Below, one piece after another: positions 56,402-64,000 of a stretch of 64,000 nt of DNA. The DNA lies in IMG/VR virus record IMGVR_UViG_3300005758_000043; one strand, 5' to 3'. Numbering within the stretch: the stretch's first letter is position 1; each line of letters opens with the position of its first letter. The position numbers and the translations under genes were made by a program. Under the pieces are notes generated by a model, which ran no database searches, was not told the DNA's origin, and saw only the letters and a list, made by a program, of their open reading frames with translations. This stretch comes from a virus. Taxonomy: Duplodnaviria > Heunggongvirae > Uroviricota > Caudoviricetes.

Positions 56402-58284
56402 TGTAAATTAAATTGAATTTTGTCTTTTCCGTTGTGGATATAAGTAACATTCTTTTGAGTTGCGACTGTCGGGAAAAATGCCAAATCAAAATATCCCTCA
56501 TGATCATGAATGCCCTCTAAAATAGCGGGGCTATCAATTGATTCAGAATAAGCAATGCACTTATGAATATATAAATTGTCTTCAATCAATTCAAAGTATT
56601 GAGGCTTGGTAATAATATAGATATTATGATTAGGGTATTCTTTTTTTAAATTTTTAACCAAAGAATTAATCATCAATACATCTGTAGCCGACTCTGGAAC
56701 AACTATAGCGATTCTTTTTCCTTTATCCTCTTTATCTAAAACATCTTCAAATTCGACAGGCTTATTTAATTGCGAATTCAAACAAATATTTTTGATGTGA
56801 TTAAAAAACTGTTCTTTAGACAGCCCTTTTGACATTTCAGAAAGCCAATGCTTGGTGATCGTGCTATTTTTGTCAATAGATTCATACAGCATATTTTTAT
56901 GCAAATCAATAATAAAATCTTGATTGCTCAATGTCATAATAGGCTCATAAAATGCATTTAATTTTTTAGGCTCCATCGAAAAATCGTAATCGACTGTTGG
57001 CATTGAATCAATGATTTCTTCTAGCTGTTTACCAATAGCTTCAATCGAGCATTTATCAATTACAAATTGGCGAGCTTTTAAACCCCACGCAGCTTTTTCA
57101 ATAGAAGACATTTGATAAACTTTCATCAATTGTTTAAAAATACTTGTTGGGTCAGTAGATGCTTTAATAAACTGAGTTCCAGGTTCTCTATATTCCGCCC
57201 AATCAAGCGGCAATGCACCGCTTTCATCATCACAGTAATCTACTCCACAGGAATAATTTGTGACAAGTGTGATAAGCTCTGCAAGTTTAGCTTCTTGGAT
57301 GGGGATTTCTTGACCTCCGCTAGTGAAAGGGTGACAATAGACATCCATAAGATTGTAGATTTGATTAAGTTGTTTCTCATTGACTCCTTGGTTAATGTTT
57401 GTTGTATTTACGGTTTTTTTAGATCCGCAGAATTTGCAATCTTGTTCTTGGCCAGAGAAAGGTCTTATTTCATATTGTTTGCATTTTGAGCAAAAGTATG
57501 TAGTAAGAATATCGTTTGGATTGATACCTTTCTCTTCTATAAGCTTTGGAATATCCCATCCTTCTGACCAATGAGTATGAAGCAAAAGTTTAGCTTCTGG
57601 AACTTCGTTTTTAAAAAGCTTAAAGCCATCCAACATATTTGGCACACTTTTTCTAAGCTGATTCCTAAAAACAAATCCAATAATAAACTCATTAGAAAGC
57701 CCGAATCTCTTTCTCAAAGACTCTCTTTTATCATCATCGAATCTATAGAACTGATTTACGTCGAGACTTCCACGCAACGTCTTAACATGATCATAACCCA
57801 TGTTATTCATCGCTTTTTCAGCGAATGACGCCCACACATAATAATTTTTGACTTTTGGCGCTGCATCAATAGCAGACTGAAGAATAGGAAGACTGTCTAA
57901 TGTTGTCCAAATCATTGTATTGATTTTGTTCCACCAAGGTTTTTGATAAAATCCATCAAAGGCCCAAATATCTTCAATACCAATATAAACATCTGGCTTA
58001 AATTCTTTGATTGCTTTGTCGATCATCAATGCGCCATATCCAGCGGCTCTTTGTTGATTAGGATCTTTGATCTGCATAAAAGTGGCAGCATCTGGTAAAG
58101 ACCCAACACACTTCCAAGGCATTCTTTCCATTTCTGGATCTTGCCAGTGGCGACCATTAGCCAATTCTACAATATTGTATTTACCAGTTTTAAACAAGTA
58201 GCGCAAGATATTTTTCTTGTGCTTGCCAAATCCAGTAAAGGCTTTGCAAAAATTACTATGTATGAGTATCGTTTTTTTATTCAT
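56398..58284 (-). CDS. Glycosyltransferase (GT4-like) with inserted Cys4 zinc ribbon
   Basis: SGGQEIPIQEAKLAELITLV resembles the GT4 E-x7-E/nucleotide-sugar motif. CSKCK...CKFCGSKK forms a zinc ribbon. Confidence 0.45.
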   Translation of the reverse strand: MNKKTILIHSNFCKAFTGFGKHKKNILRYLFKTGKYNIVELANGRHWQDPEMERMPWKCVGSLPDAATFMQIKDPNQQRAAGYGALMIDKAIKEFKPDVYIGIEDIWAFDGFYQKPWWNKINTMIWTTLDSLPILQSAIDAAPKVKNYYVWASFAEKAMNNMGYDHVKTLRGSLDVNQFYRFDDDKRESLRKRFGLSNEFIIGFVFRNQLRKSVPNMLDGFKLFKNEVPEAKLLLHTHWSEGWDIPKLIEEKGINPNDILTTYFCSKCKQYEIRPFSGQEQDCKFCGSKKTVNTTNINQGVNEKQLNQIYNLMDVYCHPFTSGGQEIPIQEAKLAELITLVTNYSCGVDYCDDESGALPLDWAEYREPGTQFIKASTDPTSIFKQLMKVYQMSSIEKAAWGLKARQFVIDKCSIEAIGKQLEEIIDSMPTVDYDFSMEPKKLNAFYEPIMTLSNQDFIIDLHKNMLYESIDKNSTITKHWLSEMSKGLSKEQFFNHIKNICLNSQLNKPVEFEDVLDKEDKGKRIAIVVPESATDVLMINSLVKNLKKEYPNHNIYIITKPQYFELIEDNLYIHKCIAYSESIDSPAILEGIHDHEGYFDLAFFPTVATQKNVTYIHNGKDKIQFNLQ

Positions 58285-58762
58285 TCGGCTTTGCTGAATT
58301 GTAACTATTTACCGCTCTGAAATCAAAAGTTTTTCCAAGCATTCCTTTGAAAAACTCTCTTACAGCATAAGCTTCACCCATTTCCATGCCGATGCCAAAT
58401 TTTGCGGCAGAGTTTTTAGTTACAGTTAAAGAAAACGCCTTTGTGCCATTTTGTTTGGTATAAGGCTTAAATGAGATGGTAGTCTTATTGTCTTCAAAAG
58501 TATGAAATGCACTATATTCAAGATAGTTTTCAATAGCATAAATAAATCCACCAAGTTCAAATTCGTTCAATTTAACGATAATTGTCTTTTCTGGATTTTT
58601 TGCGTTTTCTGCAAAAGAGCCATTCTTGGTCTTTTCATTCCAAGAGTGCTGCATAATAGCATTGATATATACACAAGGCTCTTTTTCTTTTCCAGTTCTG
58701 CCAACGTTAAATGAAAACGCGCAGCCAGTGTTTTTAGAATTCGGTTTGTAGAGTTGAATCAT
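58277..58762 (-). CDS. hypothetical protein
   Basis: 161-aa ORF. Confidence 0.35.
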   Translation of the reverse strand: MIQLYKPNSKNTGCAFSFNVGRTGKEKEPCVYINAIMQHSWNEKTKNGSFAENAKNPEKTIIVKLNEFELGGFIYAIENYLEYSAFHTFEDNKTTISFKPYTKQNGTKAFSLTVTKNSAAKFGIGMEMGEAYAVREFFKGMLGKTFDFRAVNSYNSAKPNE

Positions 58763-58818
58763 GGTTGATTCTAATTATAATTTATTGATTTTCTATTGTT
58801 TTTTAAGTGTAATATTGT

Positions 58819-59160
58819 TTGATGAGTGCGGCATATACAGGCATAAGTATTGAACAAAGATCGTGTTTTAATTTGACATTGACTATCCAAAAAAATGGAT
58901 CAGTTTATAATTTAAGTGGAGTTTCACTTACAGGTCAAATCAGAAGAGATTTTGATAACGAATTGCAAGCTGTATTCACAGCAGAAATTTTGAGCATTCC
59001 AAGCGGTATAGCCAAAATCAGTTTAAATGGCTCTCAAACAGAAGCTATTGATTTAGCTCCTTGTAGCTGGGATTTATTCGCGGATAAAGAAAATGAATGC
59101 CCAGATAGACTTATGTATGGACCTGTTTATTTAACTAAAAATATCACCAAAAATACATGA
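58819..59160 (+). CDS. hypothetical structural protein
   Basis: 113-aa ORF preceding the repeat fibre. Confidence 0.3.
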   Translation: MMSAAYTGISIEQRSCFNLTLTIQKNGSVYNLSGVSLTGQIRRDFDNELQAVFTAEILSIPSGIAKISLNGSQTEAIDLAPCSWDLFADKENECPDRLMYGPVYLTKNITKNT

Positions 59161-61163
59161 GCGATCAAATTGTCATAAATGTAATTCAAGAAGCGCCTAT
59201 CAATCTCGGTATTAATGATACTGGTGAAAACATTAATTTAAATCCTTTGACTTTAAATCAAGGGGTTATTAATCACTCAGTCACTCACCAATCTGGCGCA
59301 AGTGATGAGCTTTTACATAATTTGCTTGGCGGATTGAATGGCGGGCAATCGGGACAATATTATCACCTTTCTTCTGGGCAGTATTTTAATTTGGTTACTG
59401 GTAGTGTAGTTCGTCCATCTGAAACTGGCAACTTCATCACTACAAGCCAAACAGGAGCTTTTTACCCGCTCTCTAACCCTTCTGGGTTCATCACTGGCGT
59501 AGATCTGTCTGGATACGTCACAGGCGACGTTGTGCGCCCATCTCAGACAGGAAATTTCATTACCACAAGTCAGACTGGAGCATTTTATCCACGCTCAAAT
59601 CCAAGCGGATTCATCACTGGGGTTGATTTGTCTAATTATGTAACAGGAGCAGTAGTTCGTCCATCTGAAACAGGCAGCTTTGTCACTGCAAGTCAGACTG
59701 GTGATTTTTATCCATCTTCCAATCCATCGGGTTTTATCACTGGAGTTGATTTGTCTGGATACATTACAGGTGATGTAGTGCGACCATCTCAAACAGGGAA
59801 CTTTGTTACTATAAGTCAAACTGGCGATTTTTATGCAGCATCTAATCCTTCTGGCTTTATTACTGGAATGGATTTATCAGCATATGTCACAGGTCAAGTT
59901 GTTCGTCCATCTGAAACGGGCAATTTCATTACCACAAGTCAAACAGGTGGATTTTACGCTGCATCTAATCCCTCTGGATTCATAACGGGCGTTGATTTGT
60001 CTTCTTATGCTACTAAAGCTTATGTTACTGGCGCGAGCGGCTCTTTGCAAATTCAAATTAATAGTTTGAATGGCCAAACAGGCTCATATGTTTTAGCTTC
60101 TCAGACTGGTAACTTTATTACAGTAGATCAAACTGGAGCGTTTTATCCGCGCTCTAATCCATCTGGATTTATAACAGGTGTTGATTTGTCAAATTATAGC
60201 ACAATCTCTTATACTACTGGTATAAGCGGAAGTTTGCAATTGCAAATCAATAACCTTGCCTCTCAAACTGGATCTTATGTTTTAAAAAATCAAACTGGCG
60301 ATTTTATCACTTCTTCGCAAACTGGAGCATTTTATCCCGCTAGTAATCCATCTGGATTTATAACTGGAATACCTGACATCGTTTATACGACTGGTAATCA
60401 AGATATTAGCGGTTTAAAAGATTTCCAGACAAGACCGACTGTAACTGATATTCCAGTTTTAATTAGTGGAGATCCTGTAGATATAATTCATTTGTATGGC
60501 AAAAATGATCAAGGTCAAACAATTTACAAAGGCCAACCTGTTTATATCAATGGGGCAAATGGAGCAAATCCTTTGATTTCTTTAGCTTCCAATACTGGAG
60601 AAAGAACTTCATCAAAAACAATTGGATTATTGGCTCAAGATTTAGCAATTAACGAATTTGGCTATATTATTACAGAAGGAACACTAGAAGGCTTTAATAC
60701 AAGCTCTGGCGCGGCTGGAGATCCAATGTGGCTTGGAACAGGGGGCAATATCATCTATGGAACTGGAAATAAGCCTTATGGAAATAATCACTTAGTTTAT
60801 TTGGGGATAGTGCTTCGCTCTAGTAGCAACAATGGAAAAGTGTATATTAAAGTCCAAAATGGATTTGAAATAGAAGAATTGCACAACGTATATGCAAAAA
60901 ATGCACAAAACAAAGATTCTTTAATTTATAATTCTGCAAGTGGAGCATGGATAGCTAGACAAATTAATACTGAAGATGTTTCTGGTTTATCAAATTATGT
61001 AACTGGCGTCAGCGGTTATTTACAAAATCAAATATCAGATCTAAACAATGCAACAGGCTCTTATGCCACAATAAATTATGTTTCAGGAATAAGTGGAAAT
61101 TTGCAAAACCAACTTGATGATTTAAGTGTAAAAGCAATAGCTTACGCGATAGCGCTCGGATAA
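59157..61163 (+). CDS. Tail fibre protein with 41-aa tandem repeats
   Basis: At least five tandem copies of VVRPSETGNFITTSQTGAFYP(L/R)SNPSGFITGVDLS(G/N)YVTG(D/A), then degenerate copies. The C-terminal globular domain probably binds the receptor. Confidence 0.55.
   Translation: MSDQIVINVIQEAPINLGINDTGENINLNPLTLNQGVINHSVTHQSGASDELLHNLLGGLNGGQSGQYYHLSSGQYFNLVTGSVVRPSETGNFITTSQTGAFYPLSNPSGFITGVDLSGYVTGDVVRPSQTGNFITTSQTGAFYPRSNPSGFITGVDLSNYVTGAVVRPSETGSFVTASQTGDFYPSSNPSGFITGVDLSGYITGDVVRPSQTGNFVTISQTGDFYAASNPSGFITGMDLSAYVTGQVVRPSETGNFITTSQTGGFYAASNPSGFITGVDLSSYATKAYVTGASGSLQIQINSLNGQTGSYVLASQTGNFITVDQTGAFYPRSNPSGFITGVDLSNYSTISYTTGISGSLQLQINNLASQTGSYVLKNQTGDFITSSQTGAFYPASNPSGFITGIPDIVYTTGNQDISGLKDFQTRPTVTDIPVLISGDPVDIIHLYGKNDQGQTIYKGQPVYINGANGANPLISLASNTGERTSSKTIGLLAQDLAINEFGYIITEGTLEGFNTSSGAAGDPMWLGTGGNIIYGTGNKPYGNNHLVYLGIVLRSSSNNGKVYIKVQNGFEIEELHNVYAKNAQNKDSLIYNSASGAWIARQINTEDVSGLSNYVTGVSGYLQNQISDLNNATGSYATINYVSGISGNLQNQLDDLSVKAIAYAIALG
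59406..60380 (+). repeat. ~123-nt tandem coding repeats (41-aa fibre repeats)
   Basis: Five near-identical units and about three degenerate ones inside CDS 59157..61163. Confidence 0.6.
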
Positions 61164-61166
61164 AAA

Positions 61167-61724
61167 ATGAAAAAATTAATTACAAATTATCAATTTAATT
61201 CAGCCAATGGACAAATCACATTTGTTGATTATTTGTCTATAAATTTATCTAGCGTATTATTGATTACCAATACAACCGATAATATCATCATTTATAATTT
61301 CGCTTCGCCACCTTTAGGCGCGACTGTATCTGGCAATGTATTAGATTTGAATTTTGATACATCAAGTATGTCTGATACTGATTCATTACAAATTTATTAT
61401 GATGATACGGAAATTAATGCTGCTACAGAAGAGACTTTGAGCGCTTTGCAAGAGCAAAATATTTTGATGCGCCGTTTACTAAAAATGAGCGAATCATTAT
61501 CAGTAGTTGATACAAACCAAAGACAGCGTGTAATTGTTGAAGGGACGGTAACAACATCTACATCAAGTGTAGTTAGACCTGTCGATTCTACAAGCAATGC
61601 TATTTACATAACAAACGGAAATGCGGTAACTTCATATATCGCTATACCTGAATTTTGGAAATATGTAGATACCTCCCGCCTTAATTATCAACAAGCCATC
61701 AGATCAAATTTATCTTTTTCTTAA
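61167..61724 (+). CDS. hypothetical structural protein
   Basis: 185-aa ORF. Confidence 0.35.
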   Translation: MKKLITNYQFNSANGQITFVDYLSINLSSVLLITNTTDNIIIYNFASPPLGATVSGNVLDLNFDTSSMSDTDSLQIYYDDTEINAATEETLSALQEQNILMRRLLKMSESLSVVDTNQRQRVIVEGTVTTSTSSVVRPVDSTSNAIYITNGNAVTSYIAIPEFWKYVDTSRLNYQQAIRSNLSFS

Positions 61725-61727
61725 TAT

Positions 61728-64000
61728 ATGAGTGTAACAAATAATCTCAAAAAACAAGTTGACTTGCCAATTTTTGAATGGCTTCGTCCTTTACCTACCG
61801 CAGTTAGTGCGATTTCGGCTTTAACCAAATCAACTTTAGATAGCGATAAAAGTATTTATTATTTAGTTGGAAGCACTTTTTATAAATATGATACAATTGG
61901 AGATTCATGGCAGCAATTAGCAAGTCCAGTTATTGGTCCATCAGTATTATTAGAATTAGGTTACTCTCCATCTGTAGGGCATTATGGAAGAGCTATTTCA
62001 AATGGAGGAGCAGCTAATACTATAGAATTAGCATGTTTCAATAACAATGCCGCGATCGGCAAAAAAATAAGAATTATTTCTGGAACTGGCGCTGGACAAG
62101 AAAGAACTATTACATCAGTTTCTGCGCCAATTGTAAAAGATAGAGGTATGACAACAGCGGCTTCTACTTCGCAGATAATTGATGCGACCGCTTCTCCATA
62201 TATTAAACAATGGAAAATAAATCAATATCGAGATTATCAAGCCAGAGTTGATTTTGGTGGCGGTGCTACCCAAATTAGAAGTGTATTATGGAATAATAAT
62301 AACACGCTTACTTTATCAGATCCAGCTTTTCATACTTTAAATACATGGTGGGGTGGAGTTTTAGCAACTTCTACCGCAGCGGGGACAAGTTTTTATCAAA
62401 TTGAATCTAATATAGTAACTGTAGATACTAATTGGTCAGTTCAGCCTGATTCAACTTCCCAATTTGTTATTTTAAGTGGAGGGATCTGGTGTATAACAGT
62501 GTTAGGAACTACTTCTTATGCACTTCAATATTATGATATATTAGCTGATATGTGGTATATTAAAAGCTCTCAATCAGTGGTGCTTCCAACTGCATTGTCA
62601 ACTGACGTATCATTTGAAAAATTTACTGAAGAAGGAGGATCTTTAATTTCTGGAACAGCAACAGGAGGATCTGCAAGAACTTTAATAAATACATCTGCAT
62701 CATTAACTCCATTGAAATACAATAATTTTCAATTAAGAATCACTGGAGGAACTGGAATCGGACAAGTAAGAACAATATTAGCTAATACTGCTACAACATT
62801 TTATTTGACAAGAGATTGGAGTGTTGCGCCAGATAACACATCTACTTACGCTGTTTATCGAGATTGCGACAAATTAATGATTATTGGAGATTCCAGATCA
62901 ACAATGTATCAATATAGTATTGAAACAGATCAAGCGTCCTCATCCAAGCAATTTGATTTCGGAGTTCCAAGATCAGCTAGCGCAACACAGTCTGGATTAG
63001 AACCAATTGGTATCAGTTCTATAGCCAAAACAACTGGTGGTATTGCTTCATTAAATAGCACGCCAACAGCAGGCGGAACTGGTTATTTAGTTGATCAAAT
63101 TTTAACAATTACTACAGGTGGATCATCTGGAACAGCGAGAGTAACATCAGTTAATCCTGCAAATGGCGCTGTATTATCAGTTGCATTAGAAACTGCTGGT
63201 CAAAGTTATACTACTGGAACTGGTAAAGCTACAACTGTAAGCCCTAGCGGTGGAACTGGATGCACGTTAGAAATTTTATCTATAAGCGATATTACAACAG
63301 TTACAACTGGTGCAGTTCATAATTTTAAAATAGGAGATACTATTACAATAGCTGGTATAACTCAATCAGAGTTTAATGGATCAAAAACAATTATTGGTAT
63401 AGGAAGCTCATTAACTTTTCAATATGCAATCACAAGTTCTAATTCTCCGACAGTTGCATTATCGCAATCGGCCACAGCATTAGTTGATATTAGTAAAAAC
63501 TGGGTAACAAATGAGCATGCTGGTAAAATTCTTCAATTATGCTTGACTCCATCATCGGGAAATGGCGGCGCAACCACAACAGCAAGACGTATTTTATCAA
63601 ACACATCAAATACATTGACGCTGGTAAGTGGAACTGTCCCAATTAATGGACAAATGCGATATGTTATTTTAGACTCAAAAGCATTTGGCATTGAGCAATC
63701 AATTGGAGCTAAAATTGGCAATGGCACTTCTGGATTTGCTACATCTGGAACTACAACTTCATTAACCGATTCTAGTAAAAACTGGCCAATAAATTATTGG
63801 TCTAACCTGCCAACTCAATCAGCATTAACAATATCTTCTTTTGCAAATGGTGGAACAGGATTAACTACAGTTACTGTAACAGGAACTCATAACCTAAATG
63901 TTGGGCAAAATATTACTATAGCAGGAACTACAAATTATAATGGAACTTATGCAGTGACATCTGTAACTTCATCAACTGTATTCACTATAAGCAAATCTTA
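61728..64000 (+). CDS. Large fibre/structural protein, 5' partial (runs off the window end)
   Basis: ATG at 61728; the reading frame stays open to the window end (>750 aa). Gly/Thr/Ser-rich with internal repeats (ITIAGITQSEFNGSKTIIG / ITIAGTTNYNGTYAVTSV). Confidence 0.5.
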   Translation, partial: MSVTNNLKKQVDLPIFEWLRPLPTAVSAISALTKSTLDSDKSIYYLVGSTFYKYDTIGDSWQQLASPVIGPSVLLELGYSPSVGHYGRAISNGGAANTIELACFNNNAAIGKKIRIISGTGAGQERTITSVSAPIVKDRGMTTAASTSQIIDATASPYIKQWKINQYRDYQARVDFGGGATQIRSVLWNNNNTLTLSDPAFHTLNTWWGGVLATSTAAGTSFYQIESNIVTVDTNWSVQPDSTSQFVILSGGIWCITVLGTTSYALQYYDILADMWYIKSSQSVVLPTALSTDVSFEKFTEEGGSLISGTATGGSARTLINTSASLTPLKYNNFQLRITGGTGIGQVRTILANTATTFYLTRDWSVAPDNTSTYAVYRDCDKLMIIGDSRSTMYQYSIETDQASSSKQFDFGVPRSASATQSGLEPIGISSIAKTTGGIASLNSTPTAGGTGYLVDQILTITTGGSSGTARVTSVNPANGAVLSVALETAGQSYTTGTGKATTVSPSGGTGCTLEILSISDITTVTTGAVHNFKIGDTITIAGITQSEFNGSKTIIGIGSSLTFQYAITSSNSPTVALSQSATALVDISKNWVTNEHAGKILQLCLTPSSGNGGATTTARRILSNTSNTLTLVSGTVPINGQMRYVILDSKAFGIEQSIGAKIGNGTSGFATSGTTTSLTDSSKNWPINYWSNLPTQSALTISSFANGGTGLTTVTVTGTHNLNVGQNITIAGTTNYNGTYAVTSVTSSTVFTISKS

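Noticed and set aside
1-64000. CRISPR arrays, integrase/att sites, transposase genes
   Set aside because: No regularly spaced direct repeats, no tyrosine/serine recombinase motifs and no IS-like terminal inverted repeats were seen.

Overview
The window appears to be part of a large, AT-rich tailed dsDNA phage genome, read by eye without tools. The confident findings come first, then the manual tRNA and ncRNA folds, which are my least certain calls. Coordinates may be off by 1-3 nt throughout.

**Left arm, 0-25.4 kb (minus strand).** Genes here are mostly auxiliary.
- A NAMPT-family phosphoribosyltransferase is split in two by an antisense HNH endonuclease gene. It sits next to a Prs-family pyrophosphokinase and a macro-domain protein, a gene set that looks like a phage NAD-reconstitution module.
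- Other recognisable genes: UvdE, ThyX, two metallophosphoesterases, an SPFH protein, a PTH2 peptidyl-tRNA hydrolase, an RlpA-like protein, a HAD phosphatase, the RNA ligase RtcB, YopX, and a GHKL-ATPase pair resembling rIIA/rIIB.
- A holin/endolysin lysis cassette and a Ser/Thr/Gly-rich structural protein follow.

**Centre, 25.4-39.7 kb (minus strand).** This is an array of about 33 tRNA genes (28 listed below as features). Most end ...CCA followed by AUUUU.
- The array is interrupted by six more HNH homing-endonuclease genes, a thioredoxin, a Dps/ferritin-like protein, and a Ro60/TROVE+vWA gene (rsr-like).
- It also holds several structured non-coding stretches.
  - Three paralogous tRNA-mimic modules lie just upstream of rsr.
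  - A permuted tRNA-like element with a closed acceptor stem sits inside an about 1-kb non-coding segment that has its own promoter.
  - There are pseudo-tRNA 3'-end repeats and tRNAs with unusual features.

**Right arm, 40-64 kb.** Another HNH gene is followed by a deoxyribosyltransferase-like protein, a sulfotransferase, glycosyltransferases and a GNAT.
- A plus-strand tail-tip module resembles lambda L-K-I-J; the first protein carries a discoidin-like domain.
- Downstream fibre proteins contain 41-aa tandem repeats.

**Regulation.** Most gene starts are preceded by a TTGACA-N16/17-TATAnT promoter that places the ATG 6-9 nt after the -10 box. No Shine-Dalgarno sequence is visible, so these mRNAs are likely leaderless. 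Several rho-independent terminators are visible.
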